From Geosiphon pyriformis uo1 (lineage: Eukaryota > Fungi > Glomeromycota): a stretch of DNA of 64,000 nucleotides. The translations under genes were made by a program, and so were the position numbers. A model generated the notes under the pieces. It was given only the letters and a program-made list of their open reading frames with translations, was not told where the DNA came from and searched no databases. Shown piece after piece: positions 51,637 to 64,000 of this stretch. The stretch spans positions 623,095-687,094 of the forward strand of contig JAAOMT010000571.1 of NCBI GenBank assembly GCA_016748015.1. Reading direction: 5' to 3'. How positions within the stretch are numbered: the first letter of the stretch is position 1; every line of letters begins with the position of its first letter.

Positions 51637-54600
51637 CTATACATCTATTCTAATAGAGACAAAATCCCCTATACCTAAGAAAAACAAACAAGGTTTACAA
51701 AAACCAAAACCAATACCAAAAGCTTCAACAACACCCAACAATCTGATTACACCAGCCAAAAGCACCATAGGTAAACCAGAAATCAGGGCAAGAATAGAAC
51801 TATTATGAAGAATAAGTCTATTTTTCTCCATAAAACCTTGGTGTTTAGTACAGACCAGCCAAAACTCATCGCAAAATGCAGAGCAAAACTTGTGCACAAA
51901 ACACACAATATTTGAAGCCGCAACCTTAGCATTCTTAAAGACTGAAAAAGATTCACAATACCAATCATTGAAAACAAAACCCTTACACAAAGCAGTACTA
52001 ATAGTAGTATTGGAAAAACAAGAGGACAACAATTGTAAAACACATGAAGTAGAGTGAGAGAGACCAGACCGTATTTCTCAAAAAGATGTATAAGCATCCA
52101 ACAACCAAGCATGATTAGCAGCATTAAAAAGACAAATGAAGACATGGTCCAAGAATTCCACATTACCACAGAACAAACACACCACACTGGGGTAGCATCT
52201 ATCATACAAACACTTACATACAGTGACAGAAAGCCGATAATGGAAAGATTTCATAAAGTATGTCTAAAGGCCAGCAATACATGTACTAGTAAAACCAGCA
52301 GCCAAGTGAGAATCAGGGTGCCAAACCAAAGAAAACTTACACTAGTTAATACCATCGTACAAACCAGCCACCAAGATTTGGGAACCAGAACCAACCTCCC
52401 AATGTGCATAAAGAATAGACCAAAACACATCATGAACAAAGTACTTAGAATTTCCAGAAACCACACTGCCCCCAATCCTTAAAAAACATTTACTAACTGA
52501 ATAGGACAAATGCCAAGTAGAAAGTATCACATCCTTAGTAAGCTTATCCACACACTTATTGCCTGAAATGTCTGAATGACTCTTAATTTTAATCCAATTT
52601 ACAGTTAAATTCTTATAATGAACTACATTAGCAATATGGCAATGCTCTATCTAACAATAATTTCTGAAGTCTGGATGAGCCAATAATGATTCCAACTTGC
52701 ATGCATCCAAAGCAACTTGGCTATCTGAGAACAAATCAATTACACAAAAACAAGGAACACACTCAAGAGCCAAAGCAATGGCCTACAATTCAGACAAAAT
52801 AAAAAAAACCAAACCAGATACTCTCACACCTAAACCAGAATTAATGTTCTCAAAAAAGACCACAGCCCCAGCTTTCATGGCAACAGTTCCCAAACCACTC
52901 AGAGACCCATCTGTGTACACAGAAAGGCAGGCAGTGTCAGTAGCCAACAGATCATCACAGATAACACCAAAATCATGAGATTGATGAACATCAGATAGAG
53001 CAAAATTCCTTACAAGAGAGAAGCACATAGGAGAAGAAGCAACACCACCAAGAAAACATGCAAAAAGATCAAACCAGAAAGGAATCGGGCCATGGAGGTC
53101 CAACTTCTTCCAACGCTTGAATGTCTGCCAACTAAAAACAACACCATTTTGATCACGTAATTGTTCCACAAAAGCAATACCATATCACTTGAGTGAAGAG
53201 ACACATTTTAGAAAATTGATTTCACCAAGAACAAGAGACATAGGAGTACCATCCCGACAACAAAAAGCACAGGCCAGAAACCTGCTTAGAGACAGATCAC
53301 ATCCAGAGAAAATACAAATCACACCTGCTAAGAAATTATTTGAAGAACTGACACTAACATAAGCCGGAAACAGCAAGGGGTGACAAGGACACCAGCTAAG
53401 AACCTGGAGGTTGTGAGACCTGTGAGAAAATAAGCAGCCCAAAATACCAACTGAATTTACAAAAGCAATGACAAAAGCCAATTTGCTTTCTGCCTAAATC
53501 TGTTCAAAAGTCTTCAAACCATACAAAGAAGAATGATGAAATGCATCATTGGGGAAATCAAGCAGCAGCCCAAACTTAGACTTCAAGCCTTTGCAGATCA
53601 GAGCGTTCCATTTATTATACACACTAATAGAAACAAAACTGAACTGAGTCCTATAGCTAACAATAAAAAACAAAACAGCAGAAACCAAATAACTGAATTG
53701 TTTATTCAAGATGGCTTTTTTCAGAACAAAATTGACAAAAAATCGGATGTCCAAGTAAGCCTTGACCAAGCTGGGCACCAAAAGACCATTAGAAGACAAA
53801 AAAATTCCAAGATAATGATGAGGTTCACCCTTTTTGGCTATGAAAATAGGCAAGCCACTAACAGTTAGGTAAGGGATCTCAACCTGGCAGTTGATGGGAA
53901 TAGCCACAGTTTTGTTATTGTCAATCGAAATGTTATTAATTCTGAAGAACTCACTAGCAACATCCAAAATATGTTGTGTAGTGGCCTGGCTGCTACCAAT
54001 CCAGATGGTATTATCAACAAAAGCACCAGCAGCAAAAAATGATGTCAATCCAGCCTAAGATTCCACACGGCCAGTATTGGAAACGAAATGCAAATTTAAT
54101 CTGTAACCACACACCTTCCCTTGCCTCTTGACCTCACACATAAGCGAATCATAAAATATGTATCAAAGAAGCGGTGAGAAAACTTCATTCTGATCCAAAC
54201 CATCACGAACCACATACCCACTAGTTAAGCCAAAATCTGTTATCACCCTGTTCCTGCAATTATTGTGGATGCTACCAAAAAATCTAATGAACCTGTTACA
54301 TATTTTAATCCTGATCAAACTCTTCTCAAGATGTTCTCAACCAATTGAATTATATGTTTTGCGCATGTTCTGTAAAACCAGCCACAGCTCTCTGTTTTTC
54401 TCTAAGGCATCCTCAACCACAAAACCAACAACAAAAATGGGTGACTGCATAGTTGTACCCTTTAAAACAGAAAAATTGTCCTCTTGTAAAACATTAAACT
54501 CACTGCAAGCCGAAGATATTCTGTCCAATAAGATTTTGGAAAGGATCTTACAGGCTGTTTTAATTAAAGCAATAGGATAGGTGTTCGTGAGAACACCCTC

Positions 54601-56320
54601 TCATTCATAGGGTTTAGAAATTATCAAAACCCAGGCTTTCCTCCAAGATCCAAACACCAATTCACAAACCAGGCAGAGATTCAAAAGCACCAAAAGCATA
54701 TTCAGAACCACTCTGTCATAATGCTTCTACAATTCATTAGAGATGCCAGAAAAACCAGCTGCTTTTTTATCAAACAAGCTTGAAATGACACTGAACATCT
54801 CATCAAAACTAATTGAGTTCATGACACTAGAGAAAGCACCATCAAAAATGTAGTCCAAAAGCCGAAATTGGCATTTCCAATCATCAGAGAAGTCCGAAAC
54901 TACCAACCACTTCCTGGTCCATCTTTCCATAATCTCGTTCACTTTAGATTTAACCAGTTCAGATTCCAAAACCAACTCATCATCCACTACCAAATGATCC
55001 AATACTACCTTGCAAAATGAATGCTTCAAAACACTTCTGATAGTACGACCCTTATCTAACTCAAAACTCTCCATCCTACTCTCAATGGCTTGTCTTATAT
55101 GAGATTTCTCAGCATGCTTAAATTCCAGCATTTTGAAAGAGTGGTAAGACTTCCTTGCCTTAGCCAGTTCAGAACAAATACTATCAAAACCAGACCCTGA
55201 AAGGAAAAAAGACTTCACTGATAAAGTGCCAACAGAGTCAAGCCTGTCCCATGTATCCAACAACAGAGCAAAATCACCCCCAGAAATCAAATGGAAAGCC
55301 TTTACCAGCTTAGAAACCAGCAACTCCAGCTTATGAAACTTAGAAGACACCTTATTGAAAACACTGTCAAAACCTTTAAACCACTTTTTCTTAAAAGTTC
55401 CACCTGCTGAAAAAATCATAATTTCGCAAATAATGTCCCATATGCATCTAAATCCGAAAATTTCCCAGCCATTACAAATGTATTTGAGAACATAAAGGTA
55501 TTGGCAGCCATATCATCCCTGAACTCAGCCCATTTCAACTTATTTGCATCCTTGACATCAAACTTCCAGTGATCTTTGTTGGCCTGCTTATACATTGAAG
55601 AAAGTCTTGTGTCCAACAAACCACTCAGACCCACAGAAACAGAAACACTCTTATAATCAGTGTCAAAAAAATCATCAACATTCAACATGTTACAATCTAT
55701 AATCGCATTAACCAAGTTAAAAGAAAGAAACACATAATCAATTGTCTTAGCAACACCATGAGAATTGTACCAAGTTGGTAACTTATCAAGAAAGCTCCTA
55801 CCCAAAGAGTTGACCAAACCCAAATCAAAGCACTTTTTGAAACTGGCGCATTTGTAAGATCTGTCTTTATTGAAGTCACCACCAAGAATAATAAAGGAGG
55901 ATTCATTCATAGCTCTAGTGATGAGAGAATTAATTTCATCAGCCTAAGAAAAACGAACTGTCAAAGAAGCACCAGCATACAGCCAAAATGGAAACAGAAA
56001 GTCTGTTTCTGAAAAGCAATTTTACTAACAGGAGCCAACCAGGCATCTCTAGAATCTTGCACACATGTTTTGCCAGAGATAAGTCCATAATAATTGCAAT
56101 ACCAGATCTCATGTAACCAGAATTTAGACCTGAAGTAAAAACATGAACACCAGCAAACCTATCCACAATTCAGAAACAAATCTTTCCCTTCAATTTAGTT
56201 TCAGTAACAACAGAAATCAGATTATTCATATCATTATGCCAACATACAATATCTGTCTGTTTTACACAATTGTTCATTCCTCTAATATTGCATGTAGCAA
56301 CCTTCCAAGTAAACTCACTT
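51637..56320 (-). pseudogene. LINE ORF2: AP-endonuclease, reverse transcriptase, RNase H, C-terminal Cys/His motif
   Basis: ATCNIRG / VTETKL / ILGGDFN / TIDYVF (endonuclease); QNEVFSPLL and AFVDNTIW (RT, FVDD decayed); VYTDGSL...SEL (RNase H, about 52500-52930); CLFCGNVEFLDHVFIC. Confidence 0.9.
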
Positions 56321-56510
56321 ATTGAGAAGGAGGTTGTGGAAGTATACCAGCAGCCAGAGCCAGACCGTCAAAACAAGCAAACAAACTTAGCACTAAAGCA
56401 GCAAGGCTTTCAACATATTTTCCAACTTGACAACATAGGAGGACACAAAAGAGTCCTTCGCAGTATAAATAGTAGTAGCAGTAGTAGCAGCAGTCTCATT
56501 ACAAGTGGAC

Positions 56511-58355
56511 TTACCCAAACCCACTCCCATTACTATATCCTCCCCTTGATTCTGTGATGGGGGGGGTCACCAATGGCTGACATCCAGGGCTAGACTGAGA
56601 AACTGCTGGCACAAGTGATTCCAACCTCTTAGCTAACTCACCAATTTGTCCCATGAGGCTGACAAGGCTGCTTTTAATACTGACCAACCATTTTTCCAAA
56701 TCATTCACAACAAGAGAAAGAAATTTACCATTATCAATGGAATCAGAAGAAGAAACCTGTTGACGAAAAGAAACACCAGGAGGAACACCAACCACTGATG
56801 CCCAAGTTCTTTTACCAAACAAGGTCAGACGAGAAACAGGAGCTGATTTCTTTTTATAAATTACAGCCAGATGAACATGATCTTGATCAAAAACCACTCG
56901 TCTCCCATGAACTCCAGAACTCCCACTCACAGAGCAGTTGGCAGTAATATAACTAAAATATGTATACTGTATGCAATATGCTAAGCAAAGACCAGCCCAG
57001 TGCAAATTCACACCCTTGAAAACTGGAACTGAACCAACAGCAGCCAACTTGAATGCCTCATTCTCAAAACAGATTACAGCACACTGATCACGAACATATA
57101 AGAAAGGATTACGGCCAATAAAACAAGTCTTCTTACCATATGATTCAAGTAAACCAGAGAGATCATGGGCTGTAGTTCCAACAGGTAAGGTATACAACAA
57201 TGCCTGATGTTGATCTCTCAATACCCATGTTTGTTTATTACTGATTACCTTCGCCACACAAACAGAATCTTTTTCCATAAGTACAGACCATCTAGCTGCA
57301 ACCAAATCAGTCATCTCAGATAATTTATATTCCACCAGGGCCTTTTGCCAAAGACCAATAAGCTGCAACTTAACAGAAACAATCTTACCAAACTTGGAAA
57401 ACACTGTCTCAATTGCTGATCTGAGAAGATCTACTGGGATTTCCTTGACAATTATCTCCCAATTCGTATGGCTGTTTACTTTTTTGAGATTAGTATTAAC
57501 AACAACTTTCTTATTGATCGCCATTAATTTGGCCTTATTCAAACTAGATTCACTTGTGAAAGTCAATTTTATGATTCCAGAAAATTTTGAGGAAGTCGAA
57601 GCACCCCCAAAGCCACCAACCTGATAAAAAAATTTTTTTAAAAAAATCAACTTCTCACTGATAGATTTGCCAGGTACAGCAGAATGCTCAACATCCAAAG
57701 CAAAAGACTTGGTTGAATCAAAGCTACGAGTCTCCGAAGCACATGACTTAACTAGTGGCAATTGATTGAATCCATTAAACATGTGAAGAGGAAGCTTCAG
57801 AACATCATCAACGTCACTCACATTATTGAAAGAAAGTTTCTTTGATGGCTGCCCCAAAATGTACATCCTCATTCAAGTCTTCTTTGGAGTTGTATTATCC
57901 ACCATATTGTCTGCTTCAGAGTCATTGGAATCCACATAATTCGTCTTTTCAGCCACCATGTTATTTATGTTTTCAATGTCAGACACCCCACTAACACTAG
58001 CATCCTCGCTTTCCACTTCACTACTCCAAGACACCTTGTGTTCCATGCCGCCAGCATATAAGACATCGATAGAAATAGGACCAGTTGACAAGTCCACAGT
58101 ATCATTAGAAGCCCCAGGAGTCTTAGACTTCTTGTACAAAGAGCCATAAAAGTATACACTCTTGATGTGAGTTTTCTTCTTGTTATTAGACCAGGTCCCC
58201 AATCCAGCCAAAATAGAACTAGAACTACCAGCAGACGAGCCCACCAGATCCATCATGATAAAGGAATATGTAGGAATAGAAATAACTGCGAAAACTAAAG
58301 GTGGGAAATAAAGGGAAAAAGCTATTTCTTTTGATAAATTTTTTGCTTTCGTCAT
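56511..58355 (-). pseudogene. LINE ORF1 (RRM-like region, decayed CCHC knuckle, coiled coil)
   Basis: ORFs 57873-58355 and 56511-57872 are in frame across one TGA; the RRM-like segment is homologous to the ORF1-only elements. Confidence 0.85.
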
Positions 58356-58664
58356 AGTCAGAAGATTGACAAGAGAAAAATTTTTTCTTTATTTTATTAA
58401 GATTATTTGCACTGTTAAGTTAAAATATAATCAAAGCATCAAAATTAAAAATCTTTCAAGTTTTATTAAATGTTTTTTTTTTTAATTTTTTGACTAATTT
58501 TTTTATAAAAATACTATTATTTGTAATATTATTAAGGATAATAACAAGAAGTTGTTAAAAAAAATTAAGTTATAATTAATAAAATTAATAGTAAATTTAT
58601 ATAAAAAGAGAATAAGTATAATTTTTTCTTAACCTTTTTTCTTAACCTTTTTGGCTGAAAATTT

Positions 58665-58880
58665 GGCTCAAAACAATGATAAAAATCATTTAAGCTAATA
58701 TTAAGAAAACATAATTTTTAATAATATGGGCACTGTAATAACTCTAAGCTTTAGATAATGCTAATGCCAAAAATTCAGCTTTAAAATAATAATAAAAACC
58801 AATTTAAGCCAATATTGAGAAAACATAATTTTCAATAATATAAGTACTGTGATAGCTCTAAATCTTAAATAATATTAATA
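58665..58880. repeat. Tandem duplication, unit about 117 bp, about 2 copies
   Basis: atttaagcYaatattRagaaaacataatttt...actgtRataRctctaa occurs at about 58688 and about 58802. Confidence 0.75.
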
Positions 58881-58944
58881 TGTGACATGGTATGTCAATT
58901 TTATTATTGGCTATTGACTAATCCAAATTTATATAAGAATATAT

Positions 58945-59738
58945 TGTTACAGTTCAAGAATTTAATAAGAATTATAAATAATATAAATTAGCCAATTATG
59001 AAATAGCACAGCAACAATTTATAAAAAGAAATGATTTACAAATAACAGTAAGCACTATTTTACAATAGCAACAAGCATTATCATACAAAAGCAGCAAGCA
59101 CTATTTAGAAATAATGGAAATAGAGTATTACAAGAAATTATTTTGTAAAACAATAAATATATATATATACAATAGTTTTTAATGATAAAGAATAGAACAG
59201 CTTCAACTCGAAACAACAAATATCTAAATAAAAATTTTACTTAAAAAGAATTAATAAAAATAATAAATTGAATAAACATTACAATTATGAAATTAACAAT
59301 AGAATTCACATATTCTTTTTAGCAAATGAAACTATCATTCTATCTTTGAACTCTTTGGAAAAATAATCTCTGATCAAAATTATTCATGTGGTTACTAATT
59401 AAATTGAAAAAGCTTTATTATATACTTAGAGAAATCACAAAAAGGCCATTAATATTCTGTGTTTCTAGAATAAAAAAACACATCAAACAATTGCAAGAAT
59501 AGCCTCAGAGAAGACCCCAGACAGCAGGTAGATTTCAGATTAGTCTTTGGGAAAAAGTACACAACATACAAAAACAACTAGAATTAAAAAGAAGACTTAC
59601 ATCACAACATTAAGAAAAAACCTTCAATGCATTATCATTAATATTCAATACATAAAATTGAGAAACTCACGAGAGATTGATTACAATTAAAATGGGATAT
59701 CAACAATTAAAATATACCAAGAAAACACTCTTATAACA
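58945..59738 (+). mobile_element. Solo LTR, family B
   Basis: TGTTAC...ATAACA; TSD ATAT; reverse complement of 219-1060 with fewer 23-bp repeat units. Confidence 0.9.
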
Positions 59739-60829
59739 ATATATATGTATTTTTAATGTAATTCTATAATCTTTTAATATTTTAAAAAATCTGTTTGCAA
59801 TATTTATTTTATTATATTGTTTATTTATTAATCCAAAATTAAATATTGTTTGTTAAAAGTTCCAATTGTTATTGATATAATAAGTAATAATAGAAACAAA
59901 GATTTTGTTATGAGAGAAATGTCTAGAAATCCAATATAAAAGAAATTTTGGACTTAATAGTACCTAAATATGTTTATTATATTATAAATATGGGTGAAAA
60001 AAAAGAAATATTTTATAATAAAAATAGTACTTACTCTTAATTTTTGTTTACATAAGACATAAAGTTTTATATCTCTATTTTTAATTGTATTAACACAAAC
60101 AAATTGAAAAGTAAGATTTAAATATTAGAATATTTTGATTAATTTAGAATTTTCTACTATAAAAAATAGTTACTAGTAGTTAATAAACCAAATAGTAATC
60201 ATGTTATAAAAATTTTTATTATCAATATTAATAACAGTTACTACAGAAAATTAAAGCAGTTTTCTAGTTAAATTGACTAAAAATCATAAAAAAAAATAGC
60301 AATTTTACTTATTAAAACATTTTTTCAATTGATTTGCAATTTTTTTAGATATTTTGCTTTTTTTTATGATATTCTTTTATTGTAACATATACTGTTTAAT
60401 AGGAAGCTTTTAAATAGTATTATAAGAGTTTAGTAATATCTGTAGTTCTGTAAAAAAATAGTTTATGCATATATTTTAAGATTATACATTTAGCTGTTTT
60501 TTTTTGTCTATTTAAACTTATCAAAATAGTTTCATACTTTATTCTGAAAACTATTTTTACCAAATATATTAATATTTGGACTATTTGGGTTATTAAATTC
60601 CGTTATTTTCGATTTTGAACCTTTAATAACATTGGATAATGCTAACAATAAATTTATTTTAATAAGTTGAAAAGTAGAGTTATTATATATATATAGTTTT
60701 ATATACCTCTTTAACTAATCATAATAATTAAACAAAATAATAATTGATAAATAAATAGTAAAAATTATATATTTTTTTAATTTTATTGAACTTGAACAAA
60801 TTTATTATTACAAATATTTTTTTCTAATT

Positions 60830-63800
60830 CTAATAATTGTACTATAATTAATTTCTATGACTTTTTAGATTAAGTAATAATATAATAAATTATTTAATTT
60901 TAATATAAGAATAAGTATATCAGTTTTAATTAGCATTTTTTAATTTATGCTGAATTTTTATTTAATATTTTACCATTATTTTTTTATTTAAGGATCTGAA
61001 AATTAGCTCAATGAGTTTTTCTAACTTTTTTGCAAAAATTAGATAATTTTTTTTGATAAATATTTTTGTTATTTGATTTGGTATATAATGTAATATTTTT
61101 ATTAAAATTGCTGTTGGTAATTACTACTATATTAGTTTTTTAAGGAAAATTTCTGTTATATGCTTATATTTTCAATTGTGTTTTTTTTAAGACTTTTGCA
61201 AAGATATTCTTTTTATTTTATGCTAATATCAAACATCTGTATTTTTTTGTTTATAATAAAATAATGTCTTATTCCTAATAAATTCAAAGAAGATTAAAAT
61301 AAAAAGTAGAATTTAACAAAATTAGTATTTGTAAAATAATTTTGATCAGAGATTATTTTTCAAAAGATATAAAGAGCTTGTTCCAAATTTTTAAGTCAAC
61401 TATTAATTTTGGCCAAGATATTACAAGTATTTCTAAGTAATTTTATGTATTTAATATCTTTTTAATGTGTTTTCAATTTTGTTAAGCTTGGATCTTGTTT
61501 ATGCTTTTGTTAATGTGTTAGATATTTACACTGTTGTTTTTTCTCAATAAAAAAACAATAATGGGAGGAAAAATAGTAGTCTTTTGGATTATTTGTAAAA
61601 GACTGGATTATAAAAAAAGATGGTTTTTAATTCTATTGATCTTAATATTAGTAGATAATACAAAGCTTAGAAAACATACTATTTAGCTTTTCTTAGGATT
61701 ATAATCCAATTCTGTTATCTTTTTTTTATTTTTATCTAATTAACTTTTTGTTTTTTTTATTTTTTCTTTTTGTTTGTTTTTTTTAGTTAGAAAATTATTG
61801 TATATATACCTATTTTAAGTTATATATAATTGTGTTTATTCTAACTAATTAGTGAATAATTGCTAAGCTATTGAGTCTTTTATTTAACTGTGAATGCCTT
61901 TTGGTTTATTTGTTTATAATTATGTTAAATTGTGTACATTTGTACATGTTTTGTATTATTATGTACATATTATATTTTCTAATTTTATTTATTAATTTGT
62001 ATTATTTATACTGTTATTTAATAATTAGTTAATATATTATAATATTATTATTTTTGATTTTTGTTAATTTCTATTGAGTAATATTATTTTTTTCTTAAGA
62101 TTAAGTTCCATTGAAATCAATATGCTTTTTTCTAATGTTAATATCTAACATAAAAGTTTGTATACTTGTTTAGACTATTTATTCTTACAAGTCCTAAAAT
62201 TTGTTATTAATAAGCTTTCTAATTCTATTAAAAATAAGTATGTTTATTTTGTTTGTCAACAATACTTTTAAACAATATTAAAACAATATGTAAAGTTAGT
62301 GTGTTGCTTTAAAACAGTGCTTAGAGTTGTTTTTTCTAGTTAATTTTTCAAACTTTTGGAGTTTTGTTTTGTTAATTTCTTTGCTATTTTTTCTAATATA
62401 AATTGTTTAAAAATCTAATTGTGTAACTATTAAAAAGTGTGTATAATAAAAAGAAATAATTAAGTTCATTTCTTTTTTGGGTATTGTACTTCTTAAGAGC
62501 TAGAATTTTTCCATAATTTTATTAATTAATATGTCAGTATTTTTTTGTTTTTTATGATAAAAATTAAAATATTTTGTGTTTAGGTTATTTTTTTGTGTGG
62601 CTGAATTTTTTTTTATATGATATTTTAAAATTATTAAAAGTAATTTTTAATAAAAAATTATTTTTTTGTAGTAGTTAAAATAAAAGTTGAGAAGTATTTA
62701 TAATATCTTTAGATATATTCATAATAAAAATAAATAATAAATAAATATTAAAATGAATTATTTTTATATATTAAAATTTTAAAGAAATTTTTTTAATAGT
62801 TTAATGTTTCTGATTTTTCTAATTATTTTTGAGATTGTTTTAATTTTTTTTAAATATTAATAATAATAATCCAAATATAGTTGATTAATTAATTGTCTCT
62901 TAAATAATGTTTAATGATTACTATTGGCTCCAAATCTTATGGAATTTGGTTAAAAGACACAATTAGTATATGTATTTTTAATTCAAATATTAATAGATCA
63001 AATAATTATTATTATTAATAGATTTTTAATTAGTTATTATGTGCAATTTTCTTTAAAATTTTATTGTTTAAACATAACTTATATGTTCTATTACCCAAGA
63101 CATTGTAGACATAAAAAGATCTGTTTCATTTGTTGTCAAATTTTCTGCTTTATTGTTTTTCTGTTTTTGTTTGACGTAATAAAACTTTGTCTCTTATTTT
63201 GTAGACAATAAGTTGTTCTGAAAGTTTGCTATTGTGTTAAATTTTTTGTTGTTTTTAAAAATACTTAATATTATTAATTGTATATTGGTAATTGCTTTTT
63301 AGTTTTTTTAGCAGTTTGTAAGTTCATCTTTTAATAATTTCTTATAAGTTGTTCTCATTTATTAGTTTTGTTAAATAAGTATTTATTATTAGTTCTATAA
63401 ATAATATAGCATTCTTTTACATGCTAATTTGAATAGTGTGAATTTTGTAGTGTTATGTTTTAGTATTTAATAAGCCAATAAAACTAAAGAGATAAATAAA
63501 TTTTATTTTTGTTACATTTTATTGCTTATTTTTGCCAGTGATTTACATAATGTTTTATTAAAATGTTTTATTAATTCATTTGTCTATAAATAGTAAAATA
63601 ACAAAAAAAATTGTTTTATCTTAAAATGTTGACTAATTTTAGCAAGCAAATTGTTTATAAAGTAAGTTTTTTAATTTAAGAATAGTTTTTTGAACAATCA
63701 TGTCTATAAATCAAATTTTCATATATAAAATTAGCAATTAATTTAGCATTTGTAATTTTAATGACTCTTGATTCTGGCTATTTTGTTAAATAATTCATAG

Positions 63801-64000
63801 TAATTACAATATATTGATTCTTTTTAATAGTAATAGTTAGTAGTTTTATTAAATTAATTTCTATTCTGTTAAATGGTTTTTTTATTTTAATAAATTATAA
63901 CAGTTCAGTTGTTTTTGATCTTTTTTTTTTTAATATATATTGTAATTATAAACATATTAAATAATATCAACATATATTTTTGGCCAATAGTATTAATTGG
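60830..64000 (-). mobile_element. 3' part of a decayed Ty3/Gypsy element (integrase, ORF3, PPT, family D 3' LTR at 60830-62083)
   Basis: Minus strand: YYWPK.Y.DI at the window end; integrase ghost at about 62850-64000; ORF3 ghost at about 62090-62750; gatttcaatggaacttaatcttaagaaaaaaaataa matches the pre-LTR/PPT sequence of the intact element. Confidence 0.75.

Larger units (their letters stand above)
51500..58384 (-). mobile_element. Full-length LINE (APE endonuclease-RT-RNase H), about 6.9 kb
   Basis: 14-bp TSD TTCTTTATTTTATT (51486-51499, 58385-58398); (AATAA)n tail; ORF1 plus ORF2. Confidence 0.92.
49265..60560 (-). pseudogene. hAT transposase relic interrupted by two solo LTRs and a LINE
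   Basis: Minus-strand ghosts: BED-like V*NYF...AKC (about 60490-60540), ISF.LD..TF (D-WTS, about 59915-59950), CFDY..NLTVQ (about 58405-58440), WNFTYNM (RWNST, about 51270-51295), KLIKYY...LNPR (about 49975-50045), and a dimerisation domain MA.NYLAI...FS (about 49520-49640). Subterminal short repeats at 49265-49410. May be two merged elements. Confidence 0.65.

Noticed and set aside
219-59738. Giant element bounded by ~800-bp inverted repeats (219-1060 and 58945-59738)
   Set aside because: Each repeat has its own different TSD (ATGC vs ATAT); they are independent solo LTRs.

Overview
Eukaryotic, extremely AT-rich, transposon-saturated fungal DNA. The intron style, the TE protein families and the cytosolic IleRS suggest an early-diverging fungus, probably Glomeromycota (inference). 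There is one intact host gene: cytosolic isoleucyl-tRNA synthetase (+, 35218-40397, 20 exons, about 1095 aa) with a CpG-retaining promoter carrying a perfect Gcn4-type site. The rest is nested mobile DNA in graded states of C>T/G>A decay. (1) A near-complete Ty3/Gypsy element (19419-29265) has an unusual layout: N-terminal extension-Gag-PR-Cys-rich domain-dUTPase-RT-RNaseH, then a separately framed integrase and a conserved extra ORF3. (2) A full-length RNase H-bearing LINE lies at 51500-58384 (-). (3) Two copies of a ~2.2-2.3 kb ORF1-only retroelement (9773-12060; 19336-31420, split by the Gypsy) share the LINE's ORF1 fold, start context, 3'-UTR hairpin and tail motif. They look like a non-autonomous 'half-LINE' partner and are the most notable system here. 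(4) Several solo LTRs have 4-bp TSDs. (5) There are ghost relics of Gypsy, Tc1/IS630-like, MULE and hAT elements. All alignments were done by eye, so relic boundaries are approximate.
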